A DNA stretch of 30,856 bases from Pseudomonadota bacterium (GTDB lineage Bacteria > Bdellovibrionota > Bdellovibrionia > Bdellovibrionales > SG-bin7). A model generated the notes under the pieces. It was given only the letters and a program-made list of their open reading frames with translations. It did no database searches and had not been told where the DNA came from. Shown in pieces: positions 1-8,440 of this stretch. The position numbers and the translations under genes are program-made. The stretch covers positions 1-30,856 of the forward strand of contig JAWXAY010000028.1 of assembly GCA_034439715.1 (NCBI GenBank). Direction: 5' to 3'. The first letter of the stretch is position 1, and each line of letters begins with the position of its first letter.

Positions 1-74
1 CACACAAAATGTTGGTCTAACCTATAGAGAAATTTACGATGAAAAACCCGCAAAAAAAACTTAAAAAACTGCTA

Positions 75-281
75 TTAAGTGACAACCGGATAGGCAGGGT
101 TTTTTCTTTCATCGCGCCAAAGAACTATATCAACATCCGAATCGCTATGAAACCACTGACTCTTTACCTTTTGGTGAGTGGTGTTGATTATACTGCTTTC
201 CATTTCCTTTAACTTTAAGCCTATCTCGCGAAAGTTGACATAAAAAGGCTTTTCAGACTTGTTATTGAAAGCCTTTGTCAT
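75..281 (-). CDS. Short hypothetical protein, last gene of the mla run; possibly 3'-truncated
   Basis: ATGA overlap with the mlaD stop (278-281) implies translational coupling. The sequence is protein-like (SQWFHSDSDVDIVLWRDE) and then ends abruptly at 68 aa. Confidence 0.55.
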   Translation of the reverse strand: MTKAFNNKSEKPFYVNFREIGLKLKEMESSIINTTHQKVKSQWFHSDSDVDIVLWRDERKNPAYPVVT

Positions 282-1252
282 TTAGTTCCTCCAGCGGCAG
301 GGCGACGATCATTTGATTTTTCTTCCTCTTCGCGAACTTCTTGAACTTTTCCGCGCAACATAAAATTACGTTGAACAGCCTTCAGAGTAATAACTAACTC
401 GTCTATGGCCTCTACCGTACGCCGACTTGTTTTTGGCAAATCAGGCGCTATCTCTTTTAGGGCAGGAATCAATATCTGAAATTCTCTCGTCAAGCGGTTG
501 ACTTGCTCTAACGTCGCCATAAGTTCTTTGCCAAAATGTGGGGCACCCTCAATCATTTGGGGCAGTAGCGTATTTAATTCTTCTGTGAGGTGAGAGGTAT
601 TTTTAAGAATGACATTGAGATGCTTCTTCTCTGTTAAAGTGGAGCTGAGATCCACAACCTTTACAGACATTTGATTTACATTCTTGATTAGGGTCGGAAG
701 ACTATCGACAATTGCAATTAAAGATTTTGACCGTTCTTTCGAGAACATATTTTCAGCGAGCATGCGCAAATTCTCTGCGAGGCTTTTCATGGTATCCAAA
801 TATTGGCCCATTTCTCGGCCACTAATGAGATCCATAATGTCAGTCGTCCCTTGTGACTTCAGCGTTTCACCGGCAGAAATCGCTTGAGACTCTAATGAAC
901 CCACCGAAATATCGATAACTTTTTCGCCAATTATAAAGGGACGAATAACTTGTGCCACTGAATCTTTTTTAATTCTCTTAAAAAAATCTTCATGAACTTC
1001 AAATGTCACAATAATTTCATTGTTGGTTTCTAGTACCACTTTTTTGACTGAACCCGCTCGAAGTCCCGCCATTTGTACCATGGTTCCAACGTGCAAACCA
1101 TCTCCCGTGGTAAACTGAGCTCTTAGGTCCTCTTTTTTGGCCAACCAGCCTTGCTTAATAGCTACTAATATCGTGGCCGCAATGCTGCCAACAATTGCTA
1201 CGATTACAAAGACACCCGCGATTTTTTCAAATTTACCAAATCTTACTTTCAC
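278..1252 (-). CDS. mlaD: MCE/MlaD-family protein with long C-terminal helical region
   Basis: N-terminal TM helix; MCE motifs GDGLHVGTMVQMAGLRAGSV and IIGEKVIDISVG; about 180-aa amphipathic helical tail; GTGA overlap with mlaF. Confidence 0.9.
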   Translation of the reverse strand: MKVRFGKFEKIAGVFVIVAIVGSIAATILVAIKQGWLAKKEDLRAQFTTGDGLHVGTMVQMAGLRAGSVKKVVLETNNEIIVTFEVHEDFFKRIKKDSVAQVIRPFIIGEKVIDISVGSLESQAISAGETLKSQGTTDIMDLISGREMGQYLDTMKSLAENLRMLAENMFSKERSKSLIAIVDSLPTLIKNVNQMSVKVVDLSSTLTEKKHLNVILKNTSHLTEELNTLLPQMIEGAPHFGKELMATLEQVNRLTREFQILIPALKEIAPDLPKTSRRTVEAIDELVITLKAVQRNFMLRGKVQEVREEEEKSNDRRPAAGGTK

Positions 1253-1980
1253 GCGTAAATCACCTTTTTCTCAAATTCTTCATAACTAAAAACTTTCTTA
1301 TCAAAAATTACGAAACTATCTACCTCTAAATGGCTTAAAAGTTCTTTGTCCTGACTGACAATAAAAACATGTTTTAACCAGCCCTGGTCACGCCCTTCCT
1401 TAATGTAACGAACTAAAGCCTTTTCGGCGAGGTCATCGAGGCCAGTGGTGGGTTGGTCAAAAATAATCATTTCAGGTTGGGTGACGAAAGCGCGGGCCAC
1501 AATGGTGGCTTTTCGATGGCCCCCTGACACTGCTGAAGGGCGAGCATCTCGGTTTCTGGTCAAGCCAAAATCTTTGAGAATCTGATCCACTCGCTCAATA
1601 GCAGAAGTGTGGGACAGCAGCTCATGATATCGAAGCGGAAGCATTAGATTTTCAAAAAGAGTGCGATTTGCCAAAAGTCCGCCGTAGTCAAAACTAAAAC
1701 CAATGTTTAATCGATAGGGCAAAAACTCTTCAAAACTCATCGGGAGTGCGTCCTCACTGTTGATAAGGAACTTTCCGACTTCGGGATTAATAAGACCTGC
1801 TATTATTTTTAAGACCGTGGTCTTTCCCGCGCCTGCTGGCCCGGTCAAATGAATATTTTTATTCATCGGAAATTCAACTGTGTTATTTTCGATCAATAAG
1901 CCGCGGTCTTCGAAACCAAAGCTTACATTTTCAAATCTCATGCTTTTAATAGATTTTCTGAGTTTTGATTCCATGTTCAT
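1249..1980 (-). CDS. mlaF: MlaF-like ABC ATP-binding protein with degenerate catalytic motifs
   Basis: Walker A GPAGAGKT, signature VSGGHRK, Walker B IIFDQP; lies between mlaE and mlaD with 4-nt overlaps. Confidence 0.85.
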   Translation of the reverse strand: MNMESKLRKSIKSMRFENVSFGFEDRGLLIENNTVEFPMNKNIHLTGPAGAGKTTVLKIIAGLINPEVGKFLINSEDALPMSFEEFLPYRLNIGFSFDYGGLLANRTLFENLMLPLRYHELLSHTSAIERVDQILKDFGLTRNRDARPSAVSGGHRKATIVARAFVTQPEMIIFDQPTTGLDDLAEKALVRYIKEGRDQGWLKHVFIVSQDKELLSHLEVDSFVIFDKKVFSYEEFEKKVIYA

Positions 1981-2807
1981 ATTATTCCCAGATTCATAAG
2001 CTGTTTTAGATACACGATAAAGGTCACACAGAGGTTGAACACCATGACATAACCGATGCTATTTACGACGGCTCTGGTGGTCGCTTGCGGCACTTCGTGC
2101 GAACTTTGTTGAACCTTTAATCCTTGATAAGAGCAGACTGTAAAAATTATGGCACCGCTAAAGGTATTCTTTAGCAAAAAGACATACACATCGTGCACAT
2201 CTAACGCCTGTGCAATTGAATCGAGGTAAAACTCAAAATTCATCTGGTGCGTAAAACTAGAAACCAAGAATCCGCCCAAAAGCGCAATGACGTTGAAATA
2301 GAATGCCAGACATAGAACACTAATAATTCCTCCCACAATTCTGGGAAAAACTATAAAACTTAAGGGATGAATGCCCATGGCTTCTAAGGCTTCTATTTCG
2401 CGGTTAACTCTCATATTGCCAATTTCAGAAGCCACTGCTGTACCCGATCGCGCCACGACTACGATGGCCACAAGCAAAGGAGCTAATTCTCTAACGACTA
2501 CAATAATCATGAGATTTCCAATCATCTCAGATCCACCGAAAAGCATGAGCTGCGCCGAACTCTGCATTATGATTAGTGTGCCTACGACAAGTGCCATAAC
2601 TGTGACAAGGGGCAGGGCTTGAAAACCGGTAAAATAAATTTGTGCGGACACCACTCTAAATACTGTTCCTAAACCTTGCGCCTGATCGCGAAAGGTGGCG
2701 CGAAGTGAAAGGTAAATCATCAAAAATACTTTGAAGGTATCTTCGACTTGCCCAAGCGCACTACGGCCGATAGCTGGAATAGAATCAAAAAAACGAGGGC
2801 TACTCAT
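1977..2807 (-). CDS. mlaE: MlaE-family ABC permease
   Basis: Motifs RELAPLLVAIVVVARSGTAVASEIGNMRVNREIEALEAMG and VPQATTRAVV; multiple TM segments. Confidence 0.93.
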   Translation of the reverse strand: MSSPRFFDSIPAIGRSALGQVEDTFKVFLMIYLSLRATFRDQAQGLGTVFRVVSAQIYFTGFQALPLVTVMALVVGTLIIMQSSAQLMLFGGSEMIGNLMIIVVVRELAPLLVAIVVVARSGTAVASEIGNMRVNREIEALEAMGIHPLSFIVFPRIVGGIISVLCLAFYFNVIALLGGFLVSSFTHQMNFEFYLDSIAQALDVHDVYVFLLKNTFSGAIIFTVCSYQGLKVQQSSHEVPQATTRAVVNSIGYVMVFNLCVTFIVYLKQLMNLGII

Positions 2808-2814
2808 AGAGGTT

Positions 2815-2842
2815 TTATCGGATTTACACTCTGAAAACTAAG
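2815..2842 (-). promoter_or_regulatory. Putative sigma28 (FliA) promoter for mlaEFD
   Basis: Minus strand reads CTTAGTTT-N12-TCCGATAA versus consensus TAAAGTTT-N11-GCCGATAA. The ATG follows 7 nt after the -10 element with no Shine-Dalgarno. Confidence 0.55.
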
Positions 2843-2854
2843 CACTTCGATAGT

Positions 2855-3451
2855 CTAGTACGCCCAAATAGAATAAAATAAAGATTTAATGCCTTCTTCT
2901 AATAGATCGTCCCAGGAACTCCTAAGGTTTCCCATAAGGACACCGCGCGCATATATGGGAATGCTATCGGGTATTACCGAGCGAAAGGTACGATAAGCCC
3001 TGTACATATGGACATGAGATGTAATCAAAACGAGATCTCTACAATGAAGAGCCTCAACAAACGACAGGGCCTGTTGTGCGTTTCCATAGGTCGTCTGCGA
3101 TCGTTTTTCTAGAATAACGTCCTGCTCTGAAATCTCTCCGTAAAACGGCCATTGCGGAAATATCTGTCTTAAATTTGACCCTGGGTTTACTCCCGCCAGA
3201 ATAAGCTTTTTAATTTGTTTTTGGGAAAGAAGGTCCATTCCCTCTTTTATGCGACCAGCCCGCCCTGTTAATACCACCGCACAATCACCATGGTGGTCTT
3301 CTACCCATGACGAAATACGAGTGGTGTTTACTTTTCGAATCTCTCGAATCAAAGCCCAAGAAAACATAATTGTCACAACGAGCACGGGGCTAAATAATTT
3401 AAATAACTTAATCGCCCTAAAATCTGCGGGCAATGACTTCAATTTCAACAT
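2855..3451 (-). CDS. YdcF/DUF218 (ElyC/SanA-like) family protein
   Basis: N-terminal TM; motifs VVLTG..RI, EKRSQTTYGNA, LITSHVHMYRA. Start uncertain (TTG at 3433 is an alternative); overlaps the ridA 3' end. Confidence 0.82.
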   Translation of the reverse strand: MLKLKSLPADFRAIKLFKLFSPVLVVTIMFSWALIREIRKVNTTRISSWVEDHHGDCAVVLTGRAGRIKEGMDLLSQKQIKKLILAGVNPGSNLRQIFPQWPFYGEISEQDVILEKRSQTTYGNAQQALSFVEALHCRDLVLITSHVHMYRAYRTFRSVIPDSIPIYARGVLMGNLRSSWDDLLEEGIKSLFYSIWAY

Positions 3452-3800
3452 TTACCCCTTTAGGTAACGCACTCACCTGCACCGTGGAACGCGCCGGCGG
3501 CTCTTTTTTAAAATAACCGCTATAGACTTCATTTACCTTTGTAAAGTCATTGATATCGGTTAAAAAAATCGTTGTTTTAATAACGTTGTCTAATGAAAGA
3601 TCAGCTGCTGCTAATACATGTTTAATATTTTCCATCACCATTTTAGTTTGTTCAGAAATTTCTCCCTTAAAAACTTCGTTGGTTTTGGCATTAATTGAAA
3701 TCTGGCCTGAACAGAAAACAAAACCTCCCGTCTCCACGGCCTGCGAATAGGGGCCGACGGGTGCTGGAGCTTCTTTAGATACATGAATTTTTTTATTCAT
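3417..3800 (-). CDS. ridA: RidA/YjgF imine deaminase
   Basis: Motifs APAPVGPYSQAV, SGQI, PARSTVQVSALPKG, VEIEVIA with the catalytic Arg; GAGG RBS. Confidence 0.95.
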   Translation of the reverse strand: MNKKIHVSKEAPAPVGPYSQAVETGGFVFCSGQISINAKTNEVFKGEISEQTKMVMENIKHVLAAADLSLDNVIKTTIFLTDINDFTKVNEVYSGYFKKEPPARSTVQVSALPKGVNVEIEVIARRF

Positions 3801-3808
3801 TACTTACC

Positions 3809-4291
3809 TCAAAAATAAAATGTAATTCCCGCGCGAATGGGACTATCGGCAAATGTTCTAAATCTGACGCCGCTAGAAATAGACGTAATGCCAATCCCTG
3901 ATTCAAAACTAAACCCTAAACTATCAAGCCCCATCAAGAAAAACTCACCTCCAACAAAACCAGACAATTCAAAACCAGATTCAGAACGACCAGCGGTTTC
4001 GGTAGTCAACAAGCCCGCCCCTGTTCCCATATAAAAATTAAGGTGTTCTTCTTGAAAAATAATTCGATTAAGTTTCACTTGAAAACCAAACTTGGAGTTG
4101 TCCGTTTTGGTATCAACACCGAGTGCTGCCGAAAAACCTAAATCATCGTAAGGATAATATTGAGCGGCGATTCCATTTAAATCAGGATCGCCAAACTGGT
4201 TCTTGTATCCCACACCCAAGCGGTGCGAAAGGTTCTTAGAAAATGCCTCGGCACCTACCAAAAGTACTAAACACACGATGATTTTTTTCAA
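3809..4291 (-). CDS. Small outer-membrane beta-barrel protein (about 8 strands)
   Basis: Signal peptide ending AEAFS; alternating Gly/aromatic beta strands; C-terminal GITFYF beta-signal. Confidence 0.75.
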   Translation of the reverse strand: MKKIIVCLVLLVGAEAFSKNLSHRLGVGYKNQFGDPDLNGIAAQYYPYDDLGFSAALGVDTKTDNSKFGFQVKLNRIIFQEEHLNFYMGTGAGLLTTETAGRSESGFELSGFVGGEFFLMGLDSLGFSFESGIGITSISSGVRFRTFADSPIRAGITFYF

Positions 4292-4301
4292 TGAATTCCC
4301 C

Positions 4302-4703
4302 CTAATGGACGGCCTTGTTAATGGATTTAATAATATCTAGAAAAGATGTACCTGGACCAAAAACGGCAAAAACGCCAAGCTTTTTTAGCTGCCTGGCATC
4401 ATCATCAGGAATGATTCCACCCAAAAACATTGGTCGGAGTGCCTTTCTCTTTTTTAATAAACTTTGGATTGCACTAACTAATGGCAAGTGCGCGCCCGAA
4501 TGAATCGAGAGACCAATAATATCCACATCTTCTTGAATTGCGGCAATTACTATCATCTCGGGAGTTTGGTGAAGTCCGGTGTAAATGACTTCAAAACCCG
4601 CATCTCTCAGTGCACGCGCGACGACTTTAGCACCCCGATCATGGCCATCGAGCCCAGGTTTAGCTATGAGTATGCGAATTTGAGCCCCACGTTTTTTAAC
4701 CAT
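4302..4703 (-). CDS. Stand-alone cobalamin-binding subunit of an acyl-CoA mutase (MCM C-terminal domain/IcmB-like)
   Basis: [12 protein letters not shown] (DxHxxG), [14 protein letters not shown]; 133 aa. Confidence 0.92.
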   Translation of the reverse strand: MVKKRGAQIRILIAKPGLDGHDRGAKVVARALRDAGFEVIYTGLHQTPEMIVIAAIQEDVDIIGLSIHSGAHLPLVSAIQSLLKKRKALRPMFLGGIIPDDDARQLKKLGVFAVFGPGTSFLDIIKSINKAVH

Positions 4704-4791
4704 TTGCTTTCAATCCTAGACCACGAAAATCAATATGTAAAATCAAAGTTTTTTGAAGTACTATCAAAAGAATCGACCAGAGGAGATAGCA

Positions 4792-5946
4792 ATGTCCGAA
4801 CATTTACCCTTAAGCCACTTCTCCCAAGAAGAAAAAGACTTTTCTGAGGCGGTCAGATCATTTGCCCACTCGGAAATTAAGCCTTTGGTGCAAAGTATGG
4901 ATCAAGAACAAAAAATGGATCCTTCTTTGATAAAGAAACTTTTTGAAATGGGTTTAATGGGAATAGAAACTCCCCAAGAATTCGGGGGCGCACAGGGCAG
5001 TTTCACCATGGCCTGTTTGGCTGTTGAAGAAATAGGCAAGGTGGATGGTTCAGTAAGCGTAATGGTCGACGTACAAAACACACTAGTTACCAATGCATTT
5101 CTTCGCTGGGCAAATGGAGAACAAAAAAAGCGTTACTTGCCAAAGCTTGGTGCAGACACAGTTGGTGCCTACGCCCTTTCTGAAAGTGGGAGCGGCTCCG
5201 ACGCATTTTCTCTTAAACTTCGGGCTCAAGAAAAGGGTGATAAATATATTCTCAACGGAAACAAACTATGGATCACCAACGGCGCTGAAGCCGGATTATT
5301 TATTGTCTTTGCAAATATTGACGTTACAAAGGGCTACAAAGGGATCACTGCCTTTCTTGTCGATAAAAATTCTTCAGGTTTTAAAATCGGAAAGCGCGAA
5401 CACAAACTTGGAATTCGCGCTAGCTCCACCTGTGAACTCATTTTTGAAAATTGTGAAGTACCCAAAGAAAATGTTTTAGGAGAAGTTGGTAAGGGGTATA
5501 AAATCGCCATTGAAACTCTTAACGAAGGCCGGATAGGCATTGGCGCGCAAATGGTAGGAATTGCCACAGGTGCTTACCAGGCCACGCTCGAATACATCAA
5601 GACGCGGGAACAATTTGGAAAATCCATTTCGCACTATCAGGCAGTGCAGTTTCAACTAGCCGAAATGCGTACCGAACTCGAGGCTGCTAAGCTCTTAGTG
5701 TATAACGCCGCTAGAATCAAAGACCACAAAGGTGACTACATTCAGGCGGCAGCTATGGCCAAATTATTTTCGTCTCGCGCTGCCGAAAGTATTTGTTCTC
5801 AGGCTATTGATCTGTTTGGCGGGAACGGTTTTGTAACCGATTACCCAGTTGAAAAATTTTTTCGTGACGCTAAAATTGGTCAAATTTATGAAGGCACAAC
5901 CAATATGCAGCTACAGACCATTGCCAAAATGGAGCTGGGTAATTAA
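4792..5946 (+). CDS. Short/branched-chain acyl-CoA dehydrogenase
   Basis: Motifs GAYALSESGSGSD, NGNKLWITNG, KLGIRAS, IYEGTTNMQ (catalytic Glu). Start moved to ATG 4792, which follows an AGGAGA RBS. Confidence 0.93.
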   Translation: MSEHLPLSHFSQEEKDFSEAVRSFAHSEIKPLVQSMDQEQKMDPSLIKKLFEMGLMGIETPQEFGGAQGSFTMACLAVEEIGKVDGSVSVMVDVQNTLVTNAFLRWANGEQKKRYLPKLGADTVGAYALSESGSGSDAFSLKLRAQEKGDKYILNGNKLWITNGAEAGLFIVFANIDVTKGYKGITAFLVDKNSSGFKIGKREHKLGIRASSTCELIFENCEVPKENVLGEVGKGYKIAIETLNEGRIGIGAQMVGIATGAYQATLEYIKTREQFGKSISHYQAVQFQLAEMRTELEAAKLLVYNAARIKDHKGDYIQAAAMAKLFSSRAAESICSQAIDLFGGNGFVTDYPVEKFFRDAKIGQIYEGTTNMQLQTIAKMELGN

Positions 5947-5956
5947 CTCCGTAGTT

Positions 5957-6382
5957 TTAGCTGAGACTTTTTCTCACCCATTTAATGTAAGGGCGCAAAT
6001 GAGCCATGTTTCGAGCGTCTGTTTGGCAAACCCGAGCCACATCTTCAGTGGATAATAAATGAACCTCGACGTAGTCTGCGCATTTCACTTCTGAAATATT
6101 TTGCTTAAATTTATAATCCCAGACAAAATCAATTAGAGAAATTTCCATATTATGAATACTGACTTTTTTAAAACTTTTGCGCTGGGGCTTTTGATCTAAC
6201 TCGTTCATTTCTACCCAACCCAATTTTTGATCTTGAGCAAAGACTATTGTGGTTTTTTCTTTCTTTGAGACTTCCACAATCTTAATTAGGTCCTGCCTTT
6301 GATTCTGTTTCTGGCCTTTTTCTTGAGGCGCAGCAAACGTAAAAACCGGCAAAAATATAATCGCAAAAAATGTTTTTTTCAT
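5957..6382 (-). CDS. Hypothetical secreted protein
   Basis: Classic signal peptide MKKTFFAIIFLPVFTFA; one Cys pair; fills the gap with no overlaps. Confidence 0.7.
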   Translation of the reverse strand: MKKTFFAIIFLPVFTFAAPQEKGQKQNQRQDLIKIVEVSKKEKTTIVFAQDQKLGWVEMNELDQKPQRKSFKKVSIHNMEISLIDFVWDYKFKQNISEVKCADYVEVHLLSTEDVARVCQTDARNMAHLRPYIKWVRKSLS

Positions 6383-6447
6383 AAGCTGTGCAATATAGTT
6401 CGAATCATTCGGTTAGTCGAATTTAGCGCATAGTTTTGAATTTTTTA

Positions 6448-7605
6448 CTAGTGAGCGAACTGACCGGCACATGAAAAGGCGCGGACTGCCGCCCCCCGCT
6501 TTCGGCTCGCATGGAATTCATATCCAATCAAGAGCATGCCTAAGCCGATCATTCCGTATTGAGTAACTTGAGAGCCTGATAGAGCATACATCACCGCGAG
6601 GTTTTGCGTAAAGCTAATGCTAAGGGAGGCTACCTTATAAGCGAAAGCTGCTTTATTTCGTTTAAGTTCAATTTCTTCAGGGGTACTACCTACGACATTA
6701 AGTTTTGCTTTAATTAAAAAGCGGGTCAGAATCGCTTCATAAAAACTAAAAAGTGTATATCCCGCAGTGGACATCCAAAAATTATGCATAACTTCGCTGG
6801 TTTTTTCTGCGACCGGAAAAGCAAACTCCCAGCTATTAACCGCTGCCAAAAAGAAAATCTCTACCAAAAAAATTTTAGCCAAGCGGTTTGAGAATTTGTC
6901 AACTTCTAAACCCTCTGGCCTCTCGTCTTTACCATTTTTAATATTCTCTTCGTAAGCTAACTGTAGCCTATGATTTTTTTTAGTCTTCTCATGACTCCAG
7001 CCCTTGTAATTTAAAAACGTCCCAATTGTGTCGAAGTTAGCTCTGTAAACGGCAGCTATACCCAATAGCATAACCGCTGTACTCACCAAACGAGTAACAC
7101 TCGCGTCGTTGGCGGAAATATTACCAACAGTAAACGAAATTATTGTTGAAGCTGTCCCCAAAAACGTCGTAACAATCGTCACATTTTTTCCGCTCTGCAG
7201 TGGGTGGCGGAAGGCTTCTTTAAGACCTTGGGCAACTCTTGGAATGTTAATTGCGGCATAACCATAAATAGCACTTGTCTTTTTCACTGAAGATTTTATT
7301 GGCTGCCAAAACTGCGTCTCCAAACGGTGATAAATCGCCTCGTACATTTCGGGCGTCATAAAATACGCCAAAGTATTATTTATGCCACCCTCTGACATTT
7401 CGGTGAGAGGAAAAACTTTTTCTACAGGCATGGGATCCGAAACATCAATTTTGATTTCAGAGTCTGAAGCCTCTTGAACCGCAGGTTTTTCTTGCGCAAG
7501 CCCATAAACAGGCGAAAAAATCATAGCAAATATCAGGACATAGGACGTCACTGCCCTACCATTTTTGCGGTCTCGCTTATGCATTTTAGTCATTACATCG
7601 AACAT
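6448..7605 (-). CDS. Hypothetical multi-pass membrane protein with signal peptide
   Basis: 385-aa ORF; signal-like segment ending VYGLA; several hydrophobic helices; strong sigma54 promoter upstream; C-terminus SCAGQFAH. Confidence 0.8.
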   Translation of the reverse strand: MFDVMTKMHKRDRKNGRAVTSYVLIFAMIFSPVYGLAQEKPAVQEASDSEIKIDVSDPMPVEKVFPLTEMSEGGINNTLAYFMTPEMYEAIYHRLETQFWQPIKSSVKKTSAIYGYAAINIPRVAQGLKEAFRHPLQSGKNVTIVTTFLGTASTIISFTVGNISANDASVTRLVSTAVMLLGIAAVYRANFDTIGTFLNYKGWSHEKTKKNHRLQLAYEENIKNGKDERPEGLEVDKFSNRLAKIFLVEIFFLAAVNSWEFAFPVAEKTSEVMHNFWMSTAGYTLFSFYEAILTRFLIKAKLNVVGSTPEEIELKRNKAAFAYKVASLSISFTQNLAVMYALSGSQVTQYGMIGLGMLLIGYEFHASRKRGAAVRAFSCAGQFAH

Positions 7606-7656
7606 ATCGCCTTTGACCTACTTTTTAGGAATTTGATACAGCAACCATTTTTAAAT

Positions 7657-7672
7657 AGCAATTGGGGTGCCA
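7657..7672 (-). promoter_or_regulatory. sigma54 (-24/-12) promoter for the 385-aa membrane protein
   Basis: Minus strand TGGCACCCCAATTGCT matches TGGCAC-N5-TTGCW exactly, about 50 nt upstream of ATG 7605. Confidence 0.85.
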
Positions 7673-7677
7673 GAACT

Positions 7678-8205
7678 CTACAGAATCAGCCTTCTCAACT
7701 CTTGTTGGGAGTAAACGTAATCGGCATAGATCATGGTGTTGGTGATATTACAGTGACCAAGCGCCACCTGTACCAGCCTCACATCTTTGGTTTTCTTATA
7801 AAGTCGAATGGCAAATGTGTGTCTCAGAGCATGGAATTTCTTAACCGTGGGGCGATAAAATTCCCAGATTTGGCGTAGTCGGCTATAACTAATCGGAAAG
7901 AGGCGTTCGGATTGTTCAGTTTCACAGTAGTCGAGTAAGTGCCTAAACAACTTCGGCGGCAGAGGTATTTCGCGGTCTTTACTACCCTTTATCCCTCTAA
8001 TAAAAACTGTTTCATCAGTGCTATTAAGATCTGATTTTTTTAAGTTTAACAACTCCGTAGCTCGGGCCCCTGTGCGCAGAGCTAAAATGATTAACAGACA
8101 ATTTCGCGGCTCTCTAGCGACAAAGTGATTTAGGATGTCCTCAAGCTTTTGGGCTTCGGGTTCTAGCAAGTATTTATTTTTGTTTAAACTGTAGTGCTTT
8201 GACAT
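7678..8205 (-). CDS. Tyrosine recombinase, catalytic domain only (about 175 aa; FimB/FimE-like size)
   Basis: Complete R-K-HxxR-H-Y set: RTGAR, GIKG, HALRHTFA, LGH, TMIY. No core-binding or arm-binding domain. Start set at ATG 8205 (GGAG upstream) rather than GTG 8247. Confidence 0.92.
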   Translation of the reverse strand: MSKHYSLNKNKYLLEPEAQKLEDILNHFVAREPRNCLLIILALRTGARATELLNLKKSDLNSTDETVFIRGIKGSKDREIPLPPKLFRHLLDYCETEQSERLFPISYSRLRQIWEFYRPTVKKFHALRHTFAIRLYKKTKDVRLVQVALGHCNITNTMIYADYVYSQQELRRLIL

Positions 8206-8440
8206 ATTGCTTCTACTCCGTGAGTAAATCTGAAAACCGAATAACACATAGTATAATAAAAATTTTTCCTCTATTTAACTCAATATACTAAACATTACAT
8301 ATTATAAAGTCATTTAATTTCATATACTTAGCACTATGTATTATAACTAAAAGCTGTAGTGCTATTGAGCGTAGGGCAACCCTAGCTATGGATTCAAATC
8401 TATTCAATTTGATTTCAATTCTATAAAATGACAAAATATG

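Noticed and set aside
7474..7878. 134-aa plus-strand ORF
   Set aside because: Antisense to two better-supported genes and a sigma54 promoter; no motifs.
7678..8205. Prophage integrase, integron integrase or xerC/xerD
   Set aside because: Too short and lacks N-terminal domains and the IntI insertion; no phage genes, tRNA target, att duplication or attC array seen.
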